Shown: positions 46,589-55,128 of the stretch, in pieces
Layout: each line of letters begins with the position of its first letter
Position numbering within the stretch: the first letter of the stretch is position 1
From: an uncultured Acidobacteriota bacterium
GTDB taxonomy: Bacteria; Acidobacteriota; Blastocatellia; RBC074
NCBI GenBank assembly: GCA_963796275.1
Contig: CAWCKY010000007.1
Span: 480,001-544,000, forward strand
Reading direction: 5' to 3'
DNA: 64,000 bases
The notes under the pieces: generated by a model
The model's input: only the letters and a program-made list of their open reading frames with translations
Database searches by the model: none
Told to the model about the DNA's origin: nothing
Made by a program: the position numbers and the translations under genes

Positions 46589-48898
46589 TCAACGCATCCC
46601 GGCATCGACGCTCAATACCGGCGGGCACTTCTCTCTTTTCTCCCTCTCCTGGCGCTTCTGCTCTTTCTTCGAGGGCCATTTGAGTTTGCCGAGTTCATTA
46701 TCCCCGAAATAGGGGACGGTGAACACGCCTCTGTCGGACCGCAGCGCCTCGCCCGTCTGCCGGTCGACCAGGACCCAGTCGAGATTCACCAATAGATTTT
46801 TCTTGTCTCTGCTGCCGTCGGGTTTCTGTGCGTATCCGATCTTGGTGATTATGAAAGATGGAAGGTCCGATTCGGCGGCGGCTGTGATATCGCCTTTTTT
46901 CGCTCCCACCCATCCGCTCGGGCCCGCATATTTGTTCTTATTTTTGTTGATTGAAGGAGAGCCCAGGCGCAGGAAACCGAGTATGCGCTCCATTACCGTA
47001 TCGTTGAGCGCATGGTTGTGAAATAGCGCGAGCGATGCGGGCGCGCGGAAGAGGTTATACGGGCGGTATTGCCGGTTGTCTCCGGGGACGCCGGGAACGA
47101 TGGTCACCATCGCCATATCCTTATCGTAGCCCAGGTATCCTCCGCCTTCGCTGCGATTGTTCTGCAGGTCGAGAGAGACGTTCCACCCGAGCGTCTCCAA
47201 AAACCCCGGCATTTCGATTGAACGATGGAAAATGAGGAGGCGGCTCAGCTGGAGATTGGACAATTTACTCGGATCGACGCTCTCGGTGTATGCCCGTTTC
47301 TCCTCTCTGACGATGTTTGAGAGCCGTCTCACCGTGCGATAGAACCCATTCCTGTTGGCGGCATCGATCTCCCGCTCCAGCTCTTTCACGAGATCGTTGT
47401 GGCTGCGCTCGACGATGCGGTCTATCTTGAGCTCTTTGACGGCCGCCAGCAGAGCCGACCGGTCGAGCAGAAGTTTGCATTCCTCATCGTTGCCCGAGAT
47501 ATCGGCGAGAAATACGACGTCGGCGACCTTCACCTCTTCCGCGAGTTGGCGGACCATCCGCGCGATCTTCTCCTTCTTTTCAGGCGTCAGCATCTGCGTC
47601 AGTATAGCGATCCGCTCCATATTCCAAACGGTCGAAGGAACGGGCGTCCCGATACTCCTGAGGAATGTCCTGGTCTCCTGGTATTGCGGAGAGAGCAAGG
47701 CCTGCAGAGCTTCTGAGTTGTCCTTGAATTCCCTGAATGAGAGGAGAAAATGGCGGGCAGTCTCTTGATTGATATCAGATCCGTACTCATCGAGTATCCG
47801 CCGTAAGAACATAGCGAACGTCGGGCATTTCACCTCGTTGGCGAGCCTGTATGGGCCGAGGTGATATACCGCGGCGCTGAATGGGCCGAAATCTTTCGGC
47901 TGCAGTTTGAGCTGTTGCACGAAAGAGTCGAGAGAGTCGAAGGGAATCTTGTGCTCTTCACCGAGGACCAGGAGCTGCAACGCGGGCGCGAAAGCATTTC
48001 CCGATCCATCGTCGACCGTTGGAGCGATCCTCTTGAGCAGTTGCTGGAACTCTTGCGGCGCGGTTTTGCGGCTGAGCACCCGCCGGAGCCAGTAAGAGTC
48101 CCCGACGCTCGAGAGCATCGGCCCCACGACGTGGTTCGGGACCTGGAATTTGGTGTTCAGGACAGAAGCGGCCATCTTGAATTTCGAAGTCTCGAATGGG
48201 CCGAACCACATTGAATTGCTGATCTTGATGAGCGACTGGGTTCCAATCCTTCCGTCCCGGAATACGCCTGCGTAGTAGCGTTTGATGAGTTCACGGTTCT
48301 CCATGACAATGGGGTACTTCTCGATGAGCTCCGGACCATACTCGTTAATGGTATCGAACGAGTCATCGACGATGTTCCCGTTTCTATCCTGGAAACCACA
48401 TCCGAATTCCTTGAGAAGCTTCTGGTATCGCCGCGCGTATAAGCCATTTAAAAAGAAATGGCGAGCCTCCTCTCCTTCCTCGGAGAGCAGGTATTCGATA
48501 TGGCGCGGACGGATGTTGGCAAATTTCCACTCCTCATTTAATGATTTTTCGATACGTTCTCGGAGCGGCGGAAGCTTGAAGAGCCGCTGCCAGAATGATC
48601 TCTGTTCCTGCTGCGTTTGGGGAGGGTCGTTCTTCGGATCCTGTGTTGGTATGGGTTGAGGTTCTTGCTCGGCAGTTTTCTTCCCCTCAGGCTGCTTTTC
48701 CTGGGGGGCACCGGCAGCGGCTGGCGCCGCTGAGACTTGTATAACTGGTATCGCTCCTTCCACTAGCTTGAGGTGGGAATTCCCGTAGGAAACTCTCCTT
48801 GAAACTGCCCTCTCGTGAACTCGATCGATGACTGGTTGAACCGGTAAAGACGCTGGATTAAAGATCATCATATACACCTCTGGATAGTACAAACCCAT
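46589..48898 (-). CDS. Orphan protein with a C-terminal JAB/MPN-like metallopeptidase motif
   Basis: A 769-aa ORF (the start may be 48868/48871 after GAGGTG). It has a disordered P/Q/E-rich N-terminus, a helical middle, and SEGGG...FHNHA...YAGPS...D at the C-terminus. Confidence 0.7.
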   Translation of the reverse strand: MGLYYPEVYMMIFNPASLPVQPVIDRVHERAVSRRVSYGNSHLKLVEGAIPVIQVSAAPAAAGAPQEKQPEGKKTAEQEPQPIPTQDPKNDPPQTQQEQRSFWQRLFKLPPLRERIEKSLNEEWKFANIRPRHIEYLLSEEGEEARHFFLNGLYARRYQKLLKEFGCGFQDRNGNIVDDSFDTINEYGPELIEKYPIVMENRELIKRYYAGVFRDGRIGTQSLIKISNSMWFGPFETSKFKMAASVLNTKFQVPNHVVGPMLSSVGDSYWLRRVLSRKTAPQEFQQLLKRIAPTVDDGSGNAFAPALQLLVLGEEHKIPFDSLDSFVQQLKLQPKDFGPFSAAVYHLGPYRLANEVKCPTFAMFLRRILDEYGSDINQETARHFLLSFREFKDNSEALQALLSPQYQETRTFLRSIGTPVPSTVWNMERIAILTQMLTPEKKEKIARMVRQLAEEVKVADVVFLADISGNDEECKLLLDRSALLAAVKELKIDRIVERSHNDLVKELEREIDAANRNGFYRTVRRLSNIVREEKRAYTESVDPSKLSNLQLSRLLIFHRSIEMPGFLETLGWNVSLDLQNNRSEGGGYLGYDKDMAMVTIVPGVPGDNRQYRPYNLFRAPASLALFHNHALNDTVMERILGFLRLGSPSINKNKNKYAGPSGWVGAKKGDITAAAESDLPSFIITKIGYAQKPDGSRDKKNLLVNLDWVLVDRQTGEALRSDRGVFTVPYFGDNELGKLKWPSKKEQKRQEREKREKCPPVLSVDAGMR

Positions 48899-49579
48899 CC
48901 TTGTCTTATGTTTTACGAATCAAGCTCAAGTACGGTGATTGTTCGACTCCCTGCCTCTGCCACGATCGTACTAACACTTCTCCTAAACAGGGGGATGATA
49001 TCTTTTCTGTTCAGCAGTGTTAGGAGTCGCGGCATAGACTGGGAGTCCGAGACACGCAGCAGTGTGCTCGCTCGGGGAAGACAGCCTATATCTTTATTGA
49101 CTCTGGAAGGGTATTGGAAAACGATATAAGAAGTCAACGTTTTTTAACTTGTTCTTCAGAAAATTTCAATGTGGCATTGAAAGACTTAGAGTTATCAGTT
49201 TCCAAAACTTTTTAAGATTTCTTGTAGAGTGGGTAGGCCAACCCTGCCAAGTTATCAGTTGAGGAATTAACAGTGTATGAGTGATAAAGACAAGCCTGCA
49301 TCGGCCGTGAAAAGCTGCTCAGAGGCAAGGTAGCTGATAAGAATCCGACGATCATTTTCGAGGTTCTGCTGCAATAAACTTAAGCCAGGGACCCAAATCG
49401 CAATCGGCAGGCATAAAGTGGCATTGAAAGTCCGTGAGGTTAACCGATCAGTGCGCGCCGGTTGTAATTGTCTATACTCGATAAGCCGCTGGATGAGAGG
49501 GTGCGGAACACACTGGATTGAGAATCCGTAATCGAGATTGCAGATATTCGATCGCTCAGTCGAAAACGTGGAGATTCCG

Positions 49580-50107
49580 ATGAAAACCATATTCAGGATG
49601 AAGCGCATAAGACTGGGAACGCTATGGATAGGGGTCACAATGGTTGTGTTAGGGCTAATACCGATCCGCTCGCCGTCGATTGACGCGAATCGAACGAACA
49701 ATCCCGCCTTCAAAATAGAGGGTTTGGCCTGGATGAGCGGAGATTGGGAAACGTCTCGGGGGCGCGCGCAGATCGATGAACACTGGTCGCGGGTCGCGGG
49801 TGGTTCGATGCTCGGCATGAGCCGCACCGTGGCGGGTGGCAAGACCGTCTCCTTCGAATACCTGCGCATAGAAGCGCGGGGTACTGAAATTTATTATGTT
49901 GCCCATCCTCAAGCCAGAAATCCTGGCACTGATTTCAAACTGGTGCGACTGAACGGTGAGGAAGCCATCTTTGAGAATCTGGCGCACGACTTTCCGAAAC
50001 GCGTAATCTATCGGAAAAATCGAGATGGCACATTGACTGCGCGCGTCGAAGGAGATGGGACCGAAAAGGAAAAAGCCCAAGAGTTCCATTATCGGCCCGT
50101 TCCATAA
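49580..50107 (+). CDS. DUF6265-like secreted protein
   Basis: LAWMSGDW...EHW...SMLGMSR...FEYLRI...FEN.AHDFP.RVIY. RBS ggag before ATG 49580. Confidence 0.85.
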   Translation: MKTIFRMKRIRLGTLWIGVTMVVLGLIPIRSPSIDANRTNNPAFKIEGLAWMSGDWETSRGRAQIDEHWSRVAGGSMLGMSRTVAGGKTVSFEYLRIEARGTEIYYVAHPQARNPGTDFKLVRLNGEEAIFENLAHDFPKRVIYRKNRDGTLTARVEGDGTEKEKAQEFHYRPVP

Positions 50108-50114
50108 GCAGAAT

Positions 50115-50588
50115 TCAATTGACGAATGTCGCCTTCACGCGCTTTGACGCCAGGAAATACGGTATCCAAATAGCTGCGGTAATTCCGGCGCGCCAGAGTT
50201 CGATTGATGGTATGGCCTCGTACGTTTCCGCTGCTCCGGGAATATATCCTCTGAAGTAGGAGTCAGCGGCCACGAAAACCAGTGCGAGGAAGAACCACAA
50301 AATCATCAATTTGGGAGCTTTTCGCGATTTCCTGAAGAAGGAGAGCAAAGCCGCCAAACCCAATAGAAAGATAGTCAGGTTGCCCACAACCTCGAAAATA
50401 AGCACCGACGTCCAGAGCGGGTGATACGACTCGCTTCCTGGTGATGTGAGATCCTCCCAGTATTCTGACGAGAATATCGGCCACAGCCCCTCATAGATCA
50501 TATATATCAATCTGAGCGGGCTCAGGATCAATCCCAGGAGTGGCAGAATCAACCAGCCGCCTATCCCTTTAAGAGATTTTTGTTCCAT
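50115..50588 (-). CDS. DUF2569 family membrane protein
   Basis: GIGGWLIL N-terminus and IWIPYF..SKRVK.TF C-terminus. Confidence 0.88.
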   Translation of the reverse strand: MEQKSLKGIGGWLILPLLGLILSPLRLIYMIYEGLWPIFSSEYWEDLTSPGSESYHPLWTSVLIFEVVGNLTIFLLGLAALLSFFRKSRKAPKLMILWFFLALVFVAADSYFRGYIPGAAETYEAIPSIELWRAGITAAIWIPYFLASKRVKATFVN

Positions 50589-50752
50589 CTCAACCTACCT
50601 CCTTATGGCATTTCGAGCTTGCGTTAGTGAGAAATCATCTGCTTGTGCGCTGTTCTTTAATGCAAAGGCCAACTTTTTCGATCATCGGTCCTCCGTTTCA
50701 ACTGATGTGGTGGCGAGGAGGCGAATTGGGTAGAGTTGAAAAAATTTCTGAC

Positions 50753-51856
50753 TCAACTCTCATTCACGAATCGCACTTCGAATGACCTGGCATTCGCCTC
50801 GATGAAGCGGACGAGTCGTTCGCCTTCATCTGTCAGCGCAGCACGATCCTTTTTGCTCAGCTTTTCGAACGGCTCGATCACGATCACCGCACTGTTTTGG
50901 GATTTCTCGATTTTCCACGCTCCCCGCACGAATCCGTCAACGAGAATAGTGGCGGCGACGCGCAGCCCCGGAAGGTAGACCCTCGACCGATGTTCATTCG
51001 CGATCACGCGTGTGCGGTTGCTGTGCGAAAGGAGCAGGTTGTCGAACTCAGGCAGGAACCGCACCGGCGCGGGCAGATCGCCCTCAGTGAGCGGCAGGTC
51101 GGGCAGGTCGAATAGTTCGCGCCGCCCATCCTCGCGATATGTTTTCAGCTCGGGCCTCAGCTTCTCAAAAGCGTCTTTCAGCTTGAGCCCCAACCACGCC
51201 TGCGCATCCGTCACGGAAGCTGGTCCGAATGCCGCCAGATAGCGGAAGATCAACTCCCTTAAATTGGAATTGGGCGATATGGGCCGGCCTAACCACGATT
51301 CGGCGAGGGTGAACTGGGGTTTGCTGGGGTAACTCCATCCGCTGTCGATCGGGACCTGGACGAGCGGGATTTGCGTGCGCACCGTATAGCGCATCGCACC
51401 GACATCCTTGTCGGGCATGAATTTGGTGACCATCTCACTGATCTCGGCGAAGGTCCTGGGCTTTTCGCCGATGAACCGCTGCGCCGCCGCTATGAGCGCG
51501 TCGCGGTTGAAATCCCCGCCCCGCCGTTTGGCGCTCGCGGCGCCGGCCTGGTCGAGCACCTGCTGGAGCGTCGCGCGGAACTTTACATAGTCCGCTGCCG
51601 TGAAGAGATGGAGCGTCGCGCGCATCAGGGTGGCCTTGATGACTTGCCGTTTCTCGATGGGGACGGACAGGCTCTCGCGCTTGAAATCGCGCAACCGCGT
51701 CCATAAGCCGACATAGGGCGGCAATGGGAGCTGGGCCTGAAGGCCGACCAGACGTTCGATGGCGGCGGGGACGGGTAATGACTCACGCTCGAGTAGCATT
51801 TGGCGCGCCAGGGTCGTGCGGTTGAGGTCACGCGGCTTTAAGATGCTGTTTGCCAT
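50753..51856 (-). CDS. AlkZ/YcaQ-family (HTH_42) DNA glycosylase
   Basis: LNR.TLARQ.LL, GLQAQ (QxQ catalytic motif), LMRATLHL, RYL.AFGP, RFLPEFDNLLL.H. Confidence 0.9.
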   Translation of the reverse strand: MANSILKPRDLNRTTLARQMLLERESLPVPAAIERLVGLQAQLPLPPYVGLWTRLRDFKRESLSVPIEKRQVIKATLMRATLHLFTAADYVKFRATLQQVLDQAGAASAKRRGGDFNRDALIAAAQRFIGEKPRTFAEISEMVTKFMPDKDVGAMRYTVRTQIPLVQVPIDSGWSYPSKPQFTLAESWLGRPISPNSNLRELIFRYLAAFGPASVTDAQAWLGLKLKDAFEKLRPELKTYREDGRRELFDLPDLPLTEGDLPAPVRFLPEFDNLLLSHSNRTRVIANEHRSRVYLPGLRVAATILVDGFVRGAWKIEKSQNSAVIVIEPFEKLSKKDRAALTDEGERLVRFIEANARSFEVRFVNES

Positions 51857-52002
51857 ATTTTCTGAATAGTTAAAAAAGAATCATGCGGATGGCAGCGGGA
51901 TAATACCACGAAAGATCCTGCATTCAATCAATTACGACGGTTCTTCTTGTATACATCGGGATCGGCGGATATTATGCTGGCCTCAGAAAGGAGATTCCTC
52001 AT

Positions 52003-52869
52003 ATGAAACGACTAGCCGTATTGCTAGGGCTATTGCTGGCCGGGGCGATTTCGTTGATGGCCGCTCGACAACAGGGGCAGCCCGCCTCCCTCGATATTCA
52101 GAAGGTGAAAGACAACCTCTACATAATTACCGGCGGAGGCGGGAATACCGCGGCATTCATCACGGAGAAGGGCGTCGTCGTGGTCGATACGAAGAATCCG
52201 GGAAACGGGCCGGGCATACTTGAAAAAGTGAAGTCAGTCACACCGAAACCCATAACCATGGTTATCAATACGCATACGCACGGAGACCACGTTGGGAGCA
52301 ACATCGCTTTCGCCGGCGCCGTGGAATTCGTCGCTCACGAAAATTGCAAAAAGAGCATGGAAAAGATGGACGCGTTTATGGCCGAGGATGGGAAAAAGTT
52401 TCTTCCGGGCAAGACCTATCAAGACAAGCTCAGCGTTCTGAGTGGCAGTGATAAAATCGATCTCTATCACTTCGGACCTGGTCACACCAACGGCGATACG
52501 CTGGTAGTTTTCACGGAGCTCAAGGTCATGCACACGGGAGATATGTTCGCCGGAAAGGGCACACCGATTATCGACACGAGAAACGGCGGCAGCGGCATCG
52601 AATACCCGAAGACCTTAGCGAAAGCCGCCGCCGGCATCACGGGCGTCGAGAGCGTCATTCCCGGCCACAGCGCCGTGACCGACTGGAACGCGTTTATAGA
52701 ATATGGCGAGTTCATGCGAGACATTGTGGCAGCGGCTGAGCAGGCGAAGAAGGATGGGAAAACCGCCGAGCAGGCCGCCGCAGACATCAAGTTGCCCGAA
52801 AAATACAATGGCTACAATATGACGCGGCTGCAGGACGGTGTCACCAAGATATATGCCGAGTTGAAATAA
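52003..52869 (+). CDS. Secreted metallo-beta-lactamase-fold hydrolase (cyclase-like)
   Basis: INTHTHGDHVG, GHTNGD, HTGD, IPGH, plus a signal peptide. Confidence 0.92.
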   Translation: MKRLAVLLGLLLAGAISLMAARQQGQPASLDIQKVKDNLYIITGGGGNTAAFITEKGVVVVDTKNPGNGPGILEKVKSVTPKPITMVINTHTHGDHVGSNIAFAGAVEFVAHENCKKSMEKMDAFMAEDGKKFLPGKTYQDKLSVLSGSDKIDLYHFGPGHTNGDTLVVFTELKVMHTGDMFAGKGTPIIDTRNGGSGIEYPKTLAKAAAGITGVESVIPGHSAVTDWNAFIEYGEFMRDIVAAAEQAKKDGKTAEQAAADIKLPEKYNGYNMTRLQDGVTKIYAELK

Positions 52870-52890
52870 CCGTATAAGGCATCTGGCAAG

Positions 52891-54033
52891 GTGAGAAGAG
52901 AGAATACGAAACAGACGAAAATTTACGAAACAAACGATAAGATAGCTATGGTCTTGTTTCGTTTATTTTCGTCTGTTTCGTATTCTCTCTTCTTCCTTCT
53001 ACTGCTGGTTACGCCGGCTTATGCTCACCCCGTACCGTACAGCTATCTCGATTTGCAGATGGCTCGTGGCGGACTGGAAGGCGTGCTTGTCGCGCACATA
53101 ATAGATCTCGCGCACGATCTGAATGTGACTCCGGCCGAGTCGTTGCTCGAACCGGCGCTGGCCGAGTCGAAGAGAGAGGCCATCCTGAGCCTCCTGCGGC
53201 AGCGATTGAAAGTGGCGGCTGATGGCCGGGCGCTCGAAATTGATTTACTGCGCATCGAGCCGCAAGTCGAGCGGCAGGCTCTGGCGCTGCATTTACGATT
53301 CAACTCGACGGCGCTTCCCGGCAGCCTCAGCATTCGGTGCGTTCTTTTTCCCTATGACACGCAGCACCAGACCTTCCTGAACATCTATGAAGAGGGAAAA
53401 CTGATTCATCAGGAAATCTTCAGTAAGGACCACTCATCACTCGACTACTTCACCGGCAGCAATCAAGGGACATTGGCGGTAGTAAAAACGTTCATACCTG
53501 CGGGGATCTACCACATCTTCGTGGGGCCGGATCACATTCTCTTCATTGTAGGATTGTTACTGCTGGGGGGGAGCTTATTGCGGTTGCTGAGTATAGTGAC
53601 CGCATTCACCATCGCTCATAGCATTACGCTGTCGCTCGCCGCTCTGGACTTGCTCAACCCGCCGGCGCGGTTGATCGAACCTGCCATTGCATTGAGCATC
53701 GTCTATGTGGGTATAGATAACCTGATGGTAGGCAAAACGGGCCGCGATGTGCGCCCTCTGATTGCATTTTTCTTCGGATTGGTGCACGGCTTCGGGTTTG
53801 CCGGAGTGCTCAAGGAATTCGGACTTCCGTCCCAGGCGCTGGGCTGGTCGCTCTTTTCTTTCAACCTCGGCGTTGAGATCGGGCAGGTCTGTATCGTCTT
53901 GGTTGTGGCATCGCTGCTGACGGCCCTGCGAAATCGCAATAAGCAGCTGGGAGAGCGAATAGCGATAATCGGTTCGGTGTGCGTGATACTAGCAGGATGT
54001 TACTGGTTCATCGAGCGGGTCTTTTGGGGATAG
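52891..54033 (+). CDS. HupE/UreJ family protein (putative metal transporter with periplasmic N-domain)
   Basis: AYA-HP, GIYHIFVGPDHILF, TAFTIAHSITL, FGLVHGFGFA, FNLGVEIGQ. The start is GTG 52891 or ATG 52948. Confidence 0.9.
   Translation: MRRENTKQTKIYETNDKIAMVLFRLFSSVSYSLFFLLLLVTPAYAHPVPYSYLDLQMARGGLEGVLVAHIIDLAHDLNVTPAESLLEPALAESKREAILSLLRQRLKVAADGRALEIDLLRIEPQVERQALALHLRFNSTALPGSLSIRCVLFPYDTQHQTFLNIYEEGKLIHQEIFSKDHSSLDYFTGSNQGTLAVVKTFIPAGIYHIFVGPDHILFIVGLLLLGGSLLRLLSIVTAFTIAHSITLSLAALDLLNPPARLIEPAIALSIVYVGIDNLMVGKTGRDVRPLIAFFFGLVHGFGFAGVLKEFGLPSQALGWSLFSFNLGVEIGQVCIVLVVASLLTALRNRNKQLGERIAIIGSVCVILAGCYWFIERVFWG
52894..52993. repeat. Near-perfect nonamer-repeat hairpin (40-bp arms, 38/40) overlapping the 5' end of hupE/ureJ
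   Basis: agaagagagaatacgaaacagacgaaaatttacgaaacaa / ttgtttcgtttattttcgtctgtttcgtattctctcttct. Confidence 0.9.
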
Positions 54034-54050
54034 GATCGATCGGCGGTCTT

Positions 54051-54593
54051 ATGGGCTCTGTGAAAAAAGTTGTATCCGGCGGGCAAACCGGAGTAGATCA
54101 AGCTGGCCTGCGCGCCGCGCAATCCTGCGGTTTGGAATGTGGCGGCTGGTGTCCGCCCGGACGGCTTTGCGAATCGGGGCTAATCTCCTCAATCTTCCCG
54201 CTCAAAGAAACCCCTGAAGAACGGAGCGCCGATGCGCCGGATATCCCCCGTTCCCAGCGTACCGAATGGAACGTTCGCGATTCCGATGCGACGTTGATAT
54301 TGTGGCCGAAATTACGTGTTGAACAGGGTCAGGGGACGGAATGGACGATCCGCTGTGCGGCGCGTTATGGCCGTTCGCTGCTATTGTGTGACCCGGAGGA
54401 CCCGATGGTCCCGGCTATAATAATGCAGTGGTTGAGAGAGAAGTCCGTTCACACGCTCAATGTCGCAGGACCGAGCGAGAGTGCATGCCCTGGAATCGGC
54501 GCACAGAGCTATTCGATCTTACTTCGAGTCTTATCGCAGGGCGGTGAGGATTCAAGTGGAGCTACTTCCGTGACTTCCACGGATAAGGGTTAA
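54051..54593 (+). CDS. Putative molybdenum carrier protein (SLOG superfamily)
   Basis: KVVSGGQTGVDQAGL, GGWCP.GR, RTEWNVRDSDATL, LNVAGP.ES. Confidence 0.88.
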   Translation: MGSVKKVVSGGQTGVDQAGLRAAQSCGLECGGWCPPGRLCESGLISSIFPLKETPEERSADAPDIPRSQRTEWNVRDSDATLILWPKLRVEQGQGTEWTIRCAARYGRSLLLCDPEDPMVPAIIMQWLREKSVHTLNVAGPSESACPGIGAQSYSILLRVLSQGGEDSSGATSVTSTDKG

Positions 54594-54687
54594 CCATCCT
54601 ATCAATCTCAAAAAATTTCCCGGCATAGGTAAACCGTCCGGTCTTCAATCCGGTCGTCTGTGCGTCGGCGCGGCCCGTGAAACCTGG

Positions 54688-54987
54688 GATAGCCTGCGGG
54701 AATACGGTGGCATAACCCGCGCGCGCTACTCCGTGCAGTCCCTCGTTCCACCAGTCGTAGGCCGGTATTCCAGACGTTCGTCGGCGCGGCAGCGTTTTAT
54801 CATCTGCGAGATCTTTTCTTCGAACGTCATCCGCGTCACAAGATCGTCGACCCGTTTTCGATCGGAAGCGATGTGTCTTGTAAGGCGGTGAAGCTTCCTG
54901 TCCGCTCGCACGCGGTTGCGTCAAAACGGCCGTTAGGTAGATGGACAGTAGAAGGCAAAACGTGACGACCTGGCGCTATTTTTTCAT
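54688..54987 (-). pseudogene. Truncated, frameshifted GH3 beta-xylosidase/glucosidase remnant
   Basis: Reconstructs across frames as MKK*RQVVTFCLLLS...PPY..TSLPIE.RVDDLVTRMTFEEKISQM...RL.IPAYDWWNEGLHGVARAGYATVFPQAI, after which homology ends. Confidence 0.85.
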
Positions 54988-55128
54988 AATAGTTCCCGCG
55001 ATCAGGGCATATTTGACGCACAGAATAATTTAAGGCCGGAGTTGAGACAACCTGATTCTTCTTGTATTTTTGCGGATAATCGAAAAAATGGTAGCCGCTT
55101 ATCCATAACAATGTGAGGACACATATTT

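Noticed and set aside
48913-49137. 74-aa ORF upstream of the orphan JAB-like gene
   Set aside because: No motif or RBS, and its TTG start coincides with the putative -35 box. It is more likely a leader, though it cannot be fully excluded.
49171-49430. GTGGCATTGAAAG looks like the 3' end of a CRISPR repeat
   Set aside because: There are only two 13-bp copies, 247 bp apart, with no regular repeat-spacer period and no cas genes in the window.
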